The notes under the pieces were generated by a model. The model ran no database searches and was not told the origin of the DNA. It worked only from the letters and a program-made list of their open reading frames with translations. A stretch of DNA of 64,000 bases. It comes from an uncultured delta proteobacterium (GTDB lineage Bacteria; Myxococcota_A; Polyangia; Fen-1088). Positions 19,252 to 28,860 of this stretch are shown here, one piece after another (within the stretch, counting starts at the first letter, position 1; each line of letters starts with the position of its first letter). The position numbers and the translations under genes are program-made. Where the stretch lies: assembly GCA_963755125.1 (NCBI GenBank), contig CAVWIP010000012.1, positions 64,001 through 128,000 on the forward strand, written 5' to 3'.

Positions 19252-21483
19252 TCAACCGGCTTTCACTCGATCCGCCAGGCGTGAGCAGCGCTCGGCGACC
19301 TGGGCGTTGGCCACGGCGATGCGCAGGGCCTTGCGCGAGCCAATCAGCACCACCAGTTTCTTGCCGCGTGTGACCGCCGTGTACAGCAGGCTGCGCTGGA
19401 GCATCACGTAGTGTTGCGGGTGCACCGGCACGATCACCACCGGGTACTCCGATCCTTGCGACTTGTGCACGGTCGCGGCGTAGGCCAGAGTCAACTCGTC
19501 CAGATCATCGGCCGCGTAGCTCACCTCGCGTTCATCGAAACGAACCACGGCCTGTTGCTCGTCGCTCGTCTCCCCGGACCCGCCCGCCACGCGCGCCACT
19601 TCGCCCACGTCGCCGTTGAACACATCGCGGTCGTAGTTGTTGCGGACCTGCATCACGCGATCGCCGACGCGAAACGCACGGCCGCCGCTGCGCAGTTCAG
19701 GCTGGCCCGGCGTGATCGCGTCTTGCAGAAGGCGGTTGAGGGCGGTGGCGCCCAGTTCGCCTCGGTGCATGGGTGTCAGCACCTGGATGTCGCGCGGGGA
19801 AAAACCATAGCGGCGTGCAAGACGCGTGGTCACCAAATCACGGATGGTCTCGGCCGCGTGGGCCGGATCGTCGTCCTCAATGAAGAAGAAGTCGCGCTGG
19901 TCCGCTCCTCGCCCTTGCGCGGGCGGTGCCCCCAGCTCGGGCTCCGCCCCGTCGTGGATGCGGTGGGCGTTGGTCACGATCAGGCTGGCGGCCGCCTGAC
20001 GGAAGATCTCGGTCAAGCGCACCGTGGGCACGCGGCCAGAGCCGATCACGTCGCGCAAAACCATGCCCGGCCCGACCGAGGGCAGCTGGTTGACGTCGCC
20101 CACCAGCACCAGGCGCGTGCCGTCGGCCAGTGCCGCCAGCAGATCGGCCATCAGGCGGATGTCGATCATGGACGCTTCGTCGACCACCAGCAGATCCGCC
20201 TGCAGCGGCCGGGTGACATTGCGACCGAACACGCCGTCGGCCGGACGCCACTCCAGCAGCCGGTGCAGCGTGGCCGCGGGCTGACCGGTCGCCTCCTGCA
20301 GTCGCTTGGCCGCCCGGCCGGTGGGCGCTGCCAAGGCCACGATCAGCCCCTGGCGCACCAGCGTGCTGACGATCCCGCGCACGATGGTGGTCTTGCCCAC
20401 ACCCGGGCCGCCCGTGATCACCAACAACGGCTCGTGCAGCGCGCGGCGCACGGCCTCGGCCTGCTGGGGCGCCAGCGTGATGTGGGCCTCGGCCTGGTAG
20501 TGGGCGATGGCCTGTTCAGCGTCGACGCGCAGCGGGTTCACCCGGCCGCGCAGCAAGCGCAGAAGGCCGGTGGCGGCGGCCACCTCGGCGCGGAACAAGC
20601 CGACCTCGTACACCGCTGCGCCCTCGGGCGCGATCTCGATGGCCACGTCGCCGGCGCGGCCCAGGCGATCCACCGCCGCTTCCACCAGCGGCGGCTCGAC
20701 TTCCAGCAGCTTGGCCGCCTCTTCCACCAGACGGCGGCGCGGCAGGTACACGTGGCCCAGCCCGCCCGCCTGGTCGAGCGCGTGGCGCACGCCTGCTTCC
20801 ACCCGCACATCCGAGTCGCGCGCGATGCCCAGCGCCGTGGCCAGACGATCCGCGGACAGAAAACCGATGCCCCACACGTCGAAGGCCAGACGGAAGGGGT
20901 TCTCGCGCACGCGCGCGATGGCAGCCGCGCCGTAGCGTTTGTAGATGCGCGCGGCAAAGGCGGGCGAAACCCCATAGCCCTGCAGGAAGACCATGACCTC
21001 GCGCAAGCGGCGCTGCGAGGTCCAGGCTTTCTGGATGGCCTGGGCGCGGGAGGGGCCGATGCCGGGCACCTCGCGAATCCGTTCCGGCTGCGCGTCCAGG
21101 ATCTCCAGCGTGCGAATGCCAAAGCGATCGACGATGCGGCTGGCGAATTCCGGTCCGATGCCTTTGACCAGCCCGGCGCCCAGATAGCGGCGAATCCCGG
21201 CCAGCGTCTCGGGCGACAGCTCGGTGTAGCTTTGCACGCGAAATTGGCGGCCGAAACGTGGGTTGCTTTCGTAATAGCCGCACACGCGCAGGCGCGCGCC
21301 CTGGGGTAGACCCAGCAGGCTGCCCACCACGGTCACGGGCTCGGCTGCACCGTCCGGCGAAAGGCGCGCCACGGTGAACTCGCCGCCACCACCCGAGAAC
21401 ACAATGCGCTCGATGGTGCCCTCTAGGATCTCTTCCTGCGCATGGTCAGGTCGCTTGCCGGCGGATCGGTCGAACAGATCCAT
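19252..21483 (-). CDS. recD2: ATP-dependent RecD2-like DNA helicase
   Basis: N-terminal OB region, HhH motifs VKGIGP and VPGIGP, Walker A GGPGVGKT, VDEASM, LTEIFRQ, VHKSQGSEY, LLYTAVTRGK. Confidence 0.92.
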   Translation of the reverse strand: MDLFDRSAGKRPDHAQEEILEGTIERIVFSGGGGEFTVARLSPDGAAEPVTVVGSLLGLPQGARLRVCGYYESNPRFGRQFRVQSYTELSPETLAGIRRYLGAGLVKGIGPEFASRIVDRFGIRTLEILDAQPERIREVPGIGPSRAQAIQKAWTSQRRLREVMVFLQGYGVSPAFAARIYKRYGAAAIARVRENPFRLAFDVWGIGFLSADRLATALGIARDSDVRVEAGVRHALDQAGGLGHVYLPRRRLVEEAAKLLEVEPPLVEAAVDRLGRAGDVAIEIAPEGAAVYEVGLFRAEVAAATGLLRLLRGRVNPLRVDAEQAIAHYQAEAHITLAPQQAEAVRRALHEPLLVITGGPGVGKTTIVRGIVSTLVRQGLIVALAAPTGRAAKRLQEATGQPAATLHRLLEWRPADGVFGRNVTRPLQADLLVVDEASMIDIRLMADLLAALADGTRLVLVGDVNQLPSVGPGMVLRDVIGSGRVPTVRLTEIFRQAAASLIVTNAHRIHDGAEPELGAPPAQGRGADQRDFFFIEDDDPAHAAETIRDLVTTRLARRYGFSPRDIQVLTPMHRGELGATALNRLLQDAITPGQPELRSGGRAFRVGDRVMQVRNNYDRDVFNGDVGEVARVAGGSGETSDEQQAVVRFDEREVSYAADDLDELTLAYAATVHKSQGSEYPVVIVPVHPQHYVMLQRSLLYTAVTRGKKLVVLIGSRKALRIAVANAQVAERCSRLADRVKAG

Positions 21484-21488
21484 TCGTG

Positions 21489-21941
21489 CTAAGGCGGCGA
21501 GCAGGTGTAGTCGTTCAGGCTGCACGTCGTGTGGCAGGAGATGCACGTCTGCAAGCGCCCATCCTGCAAGACATCGCGCAGGTCATCCAGTTGCTGCCAG
21601 TGCCAGTCGCCCGCAGCGGGGTTGTAGCCCACCTTGTCCTTGAACATGAGGCTGTAGCCGGTGAGGTCCGTGCAGTCCGCCTTGTCGGATTCCACGGCCA
21701 CGATGGTGCTGCCCTGGGGAAGCGGGGAGGTTCCCGCCAAATAGGCCGCCTCTGCCACGGCATTGGTGTACACAACCATGTACTTCGATCCGTGCCCGAC
21801 GTTGAGCCGGCAGGTTCGCGCCACCTGGAAACTCGTTTGATAGTCAGGCGGCAGGAGTTGGCTGGTGTTGTTGCCGCTCTGCTGGAAACAGCCGCCAAGC
21901 AGAAGCAGTGGAAGGAACACGAGCGGGCGCCGCAAAACCAT
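21489..21941 (-). CDS. Cytochrome P460-family lipoprotein
   Basis: Lipobox LGGC; PQGSTIV, LMFK..GYNPAAGDWHW; C-terminal heme motif CISCH. Confidence 0.75.
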   Translation of the reverse strand: MVLRRPLVFLPLLLLGGCFQQSGNNTSQLLPPDYQTSFQVARTCRLNVGHGSKYMVVYTNAVAEAAYLAGTSPLPQGSTIVAVESDKADCTDLTGYSLMFKDKVGYNPAAGDWHWQQLDDLRDVLQDGRLQTCISCHTTCSLNDYTCSPP

Positions 21942-22016
21942 GCGCCAGATTCTACATTCAGATCGCCCTTAGACCAGGAGCAGAATCGAACCAGAACCGA
22001 TTGCCCCTCCAGAGCG

Positions 22017-22325
22017 CTACTCGCCCGAGAAGCGCACGTAGGTGTGATCTTGATCCTGCGCCGACTTGAGCAGATTCAGCAGTGCCGCGCCGTGATTCTT
22101 GAGGTCTGGCGCGCGGGCCGCGCGCAGCCGCGTCTCCAGCTCTTGCAGCAAGACCGGAAGCTGGAGCTGATTGAAGACCGTGTCGCCGTCGCGGTCGACG
22201 TAGCGCAGACAGGGTGATGTCGCGTCGTCGTGATCCGGCAGCAGCTTCTCGGTCAGGTTGTGGTCGTCCAGGATCTCGTCCTGGACTTCACCAGACTCGC
22301 TCTCGACTCGAAGGTCAATTCCCAT
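22017..22325 (-). CDS. Small acidic hypothetical protein
   Basis: GGAGG RBS, typical codon bias, CLRYVDRDGDTVFNQLQ segment, C-terminal HTYVRFSGE. Confidence 0.65.
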   Translation of the reverse strand: MGIDLRVESESGEVQDEILDDHNLTEKLLPDHDDATSPCLRYVDRDGDTVFNQLQLPVLLQELETRLRAARAPDLKNHGAALLNLLKSAQDQDHTYVRFSGE

Positions 22326-22491
22326 TGGTCCTCCCAACCTCGACGGTGCGCAGGCTGGACTATGTCTTCACTATACGTTCGTTCAGCAACGGGCGCAAGC
22401 TGGCGGCGGCAGGCAGGATCGCCCGAAGCCATGGTCGCAAGCAAGTCGGCTGTCGCGGCTGGACAGTGAGGAACGCGCCGGCTCCCCTGAC

Positions 22492-23148
22492 TCACCGGCT
22501 AGCGTACGGGGTTTCCAGACGCTTGCCGTAGGCTTGGTTGGCTTTGAGTTCCCGATCCCAGAACATCACGCGGCTCCACCAACCCATCACTTGAAGGGCA
22601 AAGCGTGAGTAGCGCTTCCGCCCAGCCAGCTCTTGCAATGCCTGCGGGTCCAGCCGGCCCGTGCGGCCGAAGCCTTCGCCTAGCTGGCAGAAGCGATGGC
22701 GGATGCCACGAGTCATCCACGCGGGTTGCGAACGGACGCCTTCGATGCCGCCCCGGCGCACGACTCCGGCGCAGACGCAGCCCAGACGGCCGGCCAGCCG
22801 TTCCAGATAGCGTGCCACCGGTGCTGTGTGGGTGGCCTCGGGAAATCCTGATTGCACGAGAAAGAGCAGCGTGGGTCGTGCTTCGGGCCGCGGAAGCGTT
22901 GCCATCTGTTCCAGCAATTCCTTGACCATGCCAGGCATGGCGTCCGTATAGAGCGGGAAGCCGAGCAGCACGGCATCGCTGTGCCAGAAAGCCGCGAGCG
23001 CCCTTTCGCGCTCACTCGGCCGAGCAAGGTCCAGGGTTTCAGCTTGGTTGGTCGGCGTAGCAGCAAAGCCGCGCAAGAATTCGTCAGTGAGCAAGCGGGT
23101 GTTGGACTTGTGCCCGCGGGGCGAGCCATTAAGCGCGAGTAATCGCAT
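22492..23148 (-). CDS. Flavodoxin-like NAD(P)H-dependent oxidoreductase
   Basis: MRLLALNGSPRGHKSNT, FPLYTDAMPG, VQSGFPE. GGAGG RBS. Confidence 0.85.
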   Translation of the reverse strand: MRLLALNGSPRGHKSNTRLLTDEFLRGFAATPTNQAETLDLARPSERERALAAFWHSDAVLLGFPLYTDAMPGMVKELLEQMATLPRPEARPTLLFLVQSGFPEATHTAPVARYLERLAGRLGCVCAGVVRRGGIEGVRSQPAWMTRGIRHRFCQLGEGFGRTGRLDPQALQELAGRKRYSRFALQVMGWWSRVMFWDRELKANQAYGKRLETPYASR

Positions 23149-23680
23149 GGACAACCTCCGTGGTAGCCATCGTGGTGGACAGACAGGCGATGAGAGACGT
23201 GTTGGCGTTGCGGGCCATCCGGGTCCAGATCTCGCGACTGATGGCCCGATCCTCGTCGGCGGTGTCGGGCTCGTCCTGATAGAGCACCGCCAGTCGTGGC
23301 ACTTTCGCGTAGCGGGGAAAGTGACGGCATTCCCCCGTCGAGCCGTCGATGTAGGGCAATAGCGTGGGCAAGAGTTTTTCGACTGACCGCTTGAGCAGCC
23401 CCGAGCTGAAGCCCAGAACCAAGGGCGAGGCGAGCACCGCCACGTCCGCGTCCAGGTAGGCGCGCAAGAGTTGGTCATGCTGATCCTGGGTCACGCAATC
23501 GCCCGGCGTCTTCAACCAGCAGTCGAAGCAGCCACTGCACTGGCGCAAGTCCATGGAGCGCAGCTCAAGCGTATTCACGCCGTGCCCTTGCTCAGTTAGC
23601 ACGTGGGCCAAATCTTGCAGATAGGCGTCGAAGCCCGAATCAGGCGGGTTCGGATTCCCATTCATGAGCAGGGCTTTCAT
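23129..23680 (-). CDS. Flavodoxin-family / iron-sulfur flavoprotein-like protein
   Basis: CSGCFDCWLKTPGDC (CX2CX2CX7C) and ADVAVLASP. Confidence 0.85.
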   Translation of the reverse strand: MKALLMNGNPNPPDSGFDAYLQDLAHVLTEQGHGVNTLELRSMDLRQCSGCFDCWLKTPGDCVTQDQHDQLLRAYLDADVAVLASPLVLGFSSGLLKRSVEKLLPTLLPYIDGSTGECRHFPRYAKVPRLAVLYQDEPDTADEDRAISREIWTRMARNANTSLIACLSTTMATTEVVHAITRA

Positions 23681-24297
23681 GTCTTCTTCCGTCCTTTCCG
23701 TTTCGGGGTAGCTGACAGCATGGAAACCAGATCCAAGGTTGAGGCCATGGCCGCGCCGATCACGATGGCGCCCACTCGCTTCAGCTTGCGGTCCAACAGA
23801 TCGGGCTCAGGTCGCGGCAGCAGGTTGACAACGACCATGCTGGCCAGGCCGTGCGTGTAGATCCACAGATCCATGATCAGCTCGTCGCGCACGCCTGGGC
23901 TCAGACGGCGCAACTCGGGCGACTGATCCACGATCTTGCGCAGCTTCGCGCGCATGCGAGCCACCAACTCGGCCGCATTCTGCTGATCAACGAACAGGGC
24001 GCGGAACAGGCGTGGCTCATCGCGCGCGAACATGACCAACCCCACCCCGGCGCTGCGGAAAGGAAAGTCAGTGTAGGGACGGGCGACGTACTCGTCGAGC
24101 TGCTCCATCGCCGTATCCAGCACGGCTTGGGTCAGCTGGTCCATCGAGGCATAAGCCCGATAGATGGGGGCCACCGAAGCCCCCAATTGGTCGGCGACCG
24201 CACGCGCCGACAGGGCGGCCAAGCCTTCCCGTTGCACCAACTGTACGCTGGCGGCGAGAACGCGATCTTTGTCCAGGGTCAGTTTGCGAGGGCTCAC
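23677..24297 (-). CDS. TetR/AcrR-family transcriptional regulator
   Basis: N-terminal HTH GLAALSARAVADQLGASVAPIYRAY; WHG-like IYTHGLASM. Stop overlaps the next start (ATGA). Confidence 0.9.
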   Translation of the reverse strand: MSPRKLTLDKDRVLAASVQLVQREGLAALSARAVADQLGASVAPIYRAYASMDQLTQAVLDTAMEQLDEYVARPYTDFPFRSAGVGLVMFARDEPRLFRALFVDQQNAAELVARMRAKLRKIVDQSPELRRLSPGVRDELIMDLWIYTHGLASMVVVNLLPRPEPDLLDRKLKRVGAIVIGAAMASTLDLVSMLSATPKRKGRKKT

Positions 24298-24301
24298 GAC
24301 G

Positions 24302-24328
24302 TAACATACGTTAGATAACAGATGTTAT
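24302..24328. promoter_or_regulatory. Tandem palindromic operator (probable TetR autoregulatory site)
   Basis: TAACATACGTTA (24302-24313) and ATAACA-GA-TGTTAT (24315-24328) lie immediately upstream of the tetR start. Confidence 0.7.
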
Positions 24329-24427
24329 TCCAGAGCACAAGTGGAATCGTTGCTGGACAGTCTTCCCGACCACATGCCTGGCTACCGACGGGCTGGCGAT
24401 TTGCCGGTGTTCGCGTAGATTCGGCGC

Positions 24428-26923
24428 GTGGTTGGCCGATCATCCCAAGGCAGCGCCCGCTTCCACCGCGTCGAGGTGACCAATCCTCGCGACGGCGGCT
24501 TCTGGTACTGGCTGTTCAAACTCTACGCCTTTGCCGCCTGCTGCCTGGCGGGCCTGCTGATCCTGGGTGGGATCGGCGCGTACGTGTACTTCGCCAGCAC
24601 CCTGCCCGCGCTGCCCAGCTTCAGCCGCTTTCGGCAGGACTCGGCGGAATCCACCCTGGTGCGCGCCTGGGATGGCACGCCGCTGGCGGAATTCGCCAGC
24701 GAGCGGCGCGAGATTCTGCCCTTCGAGGCGTTCCCCAGGCGCCTGCTGCAGGCCTTCGTGGCCATTGAGGACCGGCGCTTCTACGAACATAGCGGTCTCG
24801 ACTACCGCGGCATGCTGCGCGCGGCTCTGGCGAACCTGCGCGCCGGTCGCGTGGTCCAAGGAGGCTCGACCATCACGCAACAGGTGGCGCGCGCTCTCTT
24901 GCGCACGTCCCAGCAGACCATGCAGCGAAAGATCCGCGAGGCCATCCTGGCGCGCCGGCTGGAGACCCGCTACAGCAAGGATCAGATCCTCACCCTCTAT
25001 CTCAACCAGATCTTCCTCGGTCATCAGTCGTACGGCGTGGCCGCGGCCGCGCGCCGCTACTTCGACAAGGCGGTGGGCGATCTGGATCTGGCCGAGACAG
25101 CCACCCTGGCCGGCATAGCGCAAGCGCCCAGCCGCTATTCGCCCCTGGTCGAACCCGAACTGACCCGCGCCCGCCGTGATCAAGTCCTGGCCGCCATGGC
25201 AGCCTCGGGCTTTGTCGGTGAGGCCGAGGCCCAGGCCGCGTCGGCCAGGCCACTGGCGGTGCGTCCCCCGCCCGACTTCTTCCGCGATCGCTCGCCCTAC
25301 TTCGCCGAGCATGTCCGCCGCGACATCGGCAAGCGCTACGGGGAAAAGGCGCTGTGGGAGGGCGGGCTGCAAGTGGAAACCACGCTGGTGCCGTGGGTCG
25401 ACGAAGCTGCCCAGGAAAACGTGGATTTTTCTCTGCGCAAGCTGGACAAGCGGCAAGGCTGGCGCGGATCAGTGGCCCACCTGACGGGCGCGGCTGCCGA
25501 TGAATTCCGGCGCCGTGCGGCCCAGCGCTATGGTGCCGAGCCACCCGTCGAAAATCGCCTGTACCTGGGTCTGGTCGAATCGTCCACGGGTTCAGGCGCG
25601 CAGGTGCGCGTGGGCGAGAAGATCTACCTGTTGCCGTCGGCGGGCATGCAGTGGGCTGTGCCCTTCAGCCTGGTCGATTCCAGCAACGGCCGCGCGCTGC
25701 AATCGACGGCAGGGGTGCTCAAACCGGGCGATGTCGTCTGGGTGGCCAATGCGCATCGCTCGCACCTGCGCCGCTACTCTGACTGGACCTACGACGGCGC
25801 TGGTGAAGTGCAGTGGCTCGCCGCCTACGACAACCGCAAGCCGCCGCCGGGGCCGCCGCAGTTGCGCCTGGAACAAACCCCGCGCGTGCAGGGCGCGATC
25901 TACTCCTACGATCACCAGAGCGGCTACGTGACCGCCATGGTGGGCGGTTTTGAATTCGACCGCTCGGAATTCAACCGTGCCGTGCAGGCCTGCCGGCAGC
26001 CGGGCTCGACCTACAAGCCCGTCTACTACTCGCTGGCGCTGGATAGAGGCTACGGCTACGGCTCGCTGCTCAACGACATTCCGCGCGCGGAAGTCGACCC
26101 CATCACCGGCGAGGTGTGGGTGCCGCAGAATCTGAACAACACCGTCGAGTACCAGGTGAATCTGGAATACGCCCTGGTCTGGTCGAAAAACGTGCCCTCG
26201 GTGCAGTTGTTCAAGCTGGTGGGCGGCAAGGACGTGGAGGCCTGGGCGCGGCGGCTGGGAATCACCACCCCCATCATTCCCGACCAGGCGCTGGCCCTGG
26301 GCGCTTCCTGCACGCGCATCGACGAGCTGACGCGCGCCTTTTCCGCCTTTGCCCGCAATGGCTCACTTGAGGAGCCGGTGTACCTGCGCCGGGTACGCGA
26401 CCGCGCGGGCCACGTCGTGGAAGACAACACCGCCGTCTCCGACCCCATGGGGCCGCCCGATGCGCGTCTCGATCGCATGGTGGCCCTGGCGGGTGAGTCG
26501 ACAAAGAACGTCATCCCGCCACGCGCGGCCTGGCTGACCTCCCAGCTCCTGCGCCGGGTGGTGACCAAGGGCCACGCCCCGTCGCTGCGCAGTTCCGGGC
26601 TGCTGGTGGCGGGCAAGACCGGCACATCGAGCGCGACCATGGACACCTGGTTCGTCGGCTACACCTCACGCTCGATGATCACGACCTGGATCGGCGACGA
26701 CCGGCGCGAGCGACCGCTCGGCTTCAAGGATGCCGCCTTCATGCTAACCGTGCCCATGGCCGCGCGCTTTCTCGTGGAGACCACGGCGGGCCAGCCGCTG
26801 CGCGAGATCCCCTGGGAGCGGCCCGCCGGCGTGCGGGCCAACGACACCGGCGGCAACCTGCGCGCAACCATGGAAGCGGTGAAAGCCGAGGACGAGGCAA
26901 CGTCGCGGAAGAAGAAGGGGTAG
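24428..26923 (+). CDS. mrcA: Class A penicillin-binding protein 1A
   Basis: TM anchor; transglycosylase motifs [29 protein letters not shown]; transpeptidase QPGSTYKP (SxxK), SKN, KTGT. Start uncertain. Confidence 0.92.
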   Translation: MVGRSSQGSARFHRVEVTNPRDGGFWYWLFKLYAFAACCLAGLLILGGIGAYVYFASTLPALPSFSRFRQDSAESTLVRAWDGTPLAEFASERREILPFEAFPRRLLQAFVAIEDRRFYEHSGLDYRGMLRAALANLRAGRVVQGGSTITQQVARALLRTSQQTMQRKIREAILARRLETRYSKDQILTLYLNQIFLGHQSYGVAAAARRYFDKAVGDLDLAETATLAGIAQAPSRYSPLVEPELTRARRDQVLAAMAASGFVGEAEAQAASARPLAVRPPPDFFRDRSPYFAEHVRRDIGKRYGEKALWEGGLQVETTLVPWVDEAAQENVDFSLRKLDKRQGWRGSVAHLTGAAADEFRRRAAQRYGAEPPVENRLYLGLVESSTGSGAQVRVGEKIYLLPSAGMQWAVPFSLVDSSNGRALQSTAGVLKPGDVVWVANAHRSHLRRYSDWTYDGAGEVQWLAAYDNRKPPPGPPQLRLEQTPRVQGAIYSYDHQSGYVTAMVGGFEFDRSEFNRAVQACRQPGSTYKPVYYSLALDRGYGYGSLLNDIPRAEVDPITGEVWVPQNLNNTVEYQVNLEYALVWSKNVPSVQLFKLVGGKDVEAWARRLGITTPIIPDQALALGASCTRIDELTRAFSAFARNGSLEEPVYLRRVRDRAGHVVEDNTAVSDPMGPPDARLDRMVALAGESTKNVIPPRAAWLTSQLLRRVVTKGHAPSLRSSGLLVAGKTGTSSATMDTWFVGYTSRSMITTWIGDDRRERPLGFKDAAFMLTVPMAARFLVETTAGQPLREIPWERPAGVRANDTGGNLRATMEAVKAEDEATSRKKKG

Positions 26924-27011
26924 CAGGCCGGGCATCGCGGCGTTCGCCGTCGCCCCCATGTTGATGGTGCTGGTAGGCTGCGCGGCGCCGCAGCAGCAGC
27001 TCCTGAATGCA

Positions 27012-27416
27012 TCAACCGCGCTGTGCAAGCCTGCCGGCAGCCCGGCTCGACCTACAAGCCGATCTATTACTCGCTGGCGCTGGACCGGGGCTGCGGCTAC
27101 GGCTCGCTGCTCAACGAGATTCCGCGCGCGGAAGTCTACCCCATCGCACCGGCGAGATGTGGATTCCGCAGAACTTGAACAACACCGAGTACCAGGTGAA
27201 TCTGGAATACGCCCTGGTCTGGTCGAAGAACGTGCCCTCGGTGCAGTTGTTCAAGCTGGTGGACGGCAAGGACGTGGAGGCCTGGGCGCGCCGGCTGGAG
27301 ATCAGCACCCCCATCATTCCCGACCAGGCGCTGGCCCTGGGCGCTTCCTGCACGCGCATCGACGAGCTGACGCGCGCCTTTTCCGCCTTTGCCCGCAATG
27401 GCTCGCTGGAGGAGCC
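27012..27416 (+). pseudogene. Degenerate duplicate of mrcA segment 25971-26376 (transpeptidase SxxK-SxN region)
   Basis: Aligns directly at nucleotide level. Has a 2-nt insertion near 27146, a 3-nt deletion (accgtcgag to accgag) and scattered substitutions. Confidence 0.9.
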
Positions 27417-27424
27417 AACAAATG

Positions 27425-28282
27425 TCAGTTGTTGAGCGCGCCTTGATCCACCCACGCCTGAAATAGCTGAAGGTCAGAAGCCGACAGGGATCCGGTCGGA
27501 GGCATGGCGCCGGTCTCGATTTCGGCGGTAACTTCCTGGAGATTTGCTGAGACGTTCGCGTACGTGTCCACGCGCACTCCACTGGTCTGCTTGGTGGGTC
27601 CATGGCAACTCACGCAATTGGTATTCAACATAGGTTGGATCTGCGTCTTGAAACTGACGTTCGCGGCCACATCGCCATGCCCCGCGGCGCCATCCTGGGC
27701 CACCTCGACCCCACTGGTCTGAGCGTCAGCTTTGCTCACATCACCCCCGCCCGGACGCAGATCGGGGGCGCCCGCATCTGGACTCCCAGCTCTGGTGCCA
27801 CCCGCGGCGGTTGAACCGCCCGTGGAGAGCACTCCCCCGGTCGCATTGCTGCCGCTGGACGAGTTGCCACCGGCGGCGGTAGTCCCGCCGCTCGAAGTGT
27901 TTCCGCCCGTAGCGGTGGATCCTCCGAGGGGAGTCGCTCCGCCAGATGCGCCACTACCGCCAATGGCCACGCTGCCACCTGCGGCGGTGACTGTGCTCCC
28001 GCCCATACTCGTGCTTCCGCCCGCGCTGGTCGTTGCGCCCGCGATGGTGGTTCCGCCGACGCCGGTCGTTGCGCTAGCACTGGTTGTCCCACCGGAACTT
28101 GCCGAACCGCCGGAACCTGCCGATGCCTGTGTTGTTGTCGCGTCTCCGACGGCCCCGGCGCCGCCGCATGACCCACTCAGGCCGCAATAGGGATCGGGCC
28201 CCGAACTATTCGATGAACAGCCCGCCCCGTATCCTGCCGCGCCAACCAGACTTCCAAGGATCCATGCGTGCGAAGGTTTCAT
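27425..28282 (-). CDS. Lipoprotein with Gly/Ser/Thr-rich linker and C-terminal monoheme cytochrome c domain
   Basis: GGAGG RBS, GAGC lipobox-like site, CVSCHG, distal MPP, WVDQGA ending. Confidence 0.8.
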   Translation of the reverse strand: MKPSHAWILGSLVGAAGYGAGCSSNSSGPDPYCGLSGSCGGAGAVGDATTTQASAGSGGSASSGGTTSASATTGVGGTTIAGATTSAGGSTSMGGSTVTAAGGSVAIGGSGASGGATPLGGSTATGGNTSSGGTTAAGGNSSSGSNATGGVLSTGGSTAAGGTRAGSPDAGAPDLRPGGGDVSKADAQTSGVEVAQDGAAGHGDVAANVSFKTQIQPMLNTNCVSCHGPTKQTSGVRVDTYANVSANLQEVTAEIETGAMPPTGSLSASDLQLFQAWVDQGALNN

Positions 28283-28413
28283 GCTTCCTCCAATCAGGTC
28301 CAGCTGCCTAGTGCGGAACGAATCGCCGTTCTCCATAAATTCAGATTCCCTCGTTGCGGGTTCTTTGTCTCATCGCGCTAATAATGGTCTCCATTTCCTA
28401 TCGGATTAGTGTA

Positions 28414-28613
28414 GTGGACATTTGGTTCCCGTCCATCTTCGCTTCCGTGCCGTGTCGCGCGCTTTCTCGCAGCGACCACGGCGGGCACACCGCTGCGCGC
28501 CATCCTCTGGAAGCGGCCATACGCCGGGCGGTCCCACCGGCGGCAACCTGCGCGCCACCGTGGAAGCAGTGAAAGCCGAGGACGAGGCAGCTTCGCGGAA
28601 GAAGAAGGCGTAG
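28414..28613 (+). pseudogene. Degenerate duplicate of the mrcA 3' end (about 26640-26923)
   Basis: 28535-28613 aligns without gaps to 26845-26923, including the stop codon. cgcgcgctttctcg..accacggcgggc and tggaca..tggttc match further upstream. Confidence 0.85.
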
Positions 28614-28860
28614 CCGGACGAATTGCTTTTTCGCCCGGAGTGCCTGGTGCAGAAACGCCCGTGCGGAACCCGCGGGGATTACGCCAGGCGGTCAGCTCTT
28701 GTGTGCGGCCGGCCAGAGGCTTACCGTCGTTTCGTGCAGATCCAGTCTGTACGGCTAGTACTACGCCCTACACAAGCAAGTTGACTTGCGCCAGAAACCA
28801 GAGTTCAGAATGCCCCCGGAACCATCCGCTGACAGGCACTTTCCACCAGGGGGACATCGA

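Noticed and set aside
27012..28613. Prophage or integrative element with att sites in mrcA
   Set aside because: No integrase or phage genes are present, and the duplicated parts are long, degenerate gene fragments rather than short att cores. Reported as a duplication relic instead.
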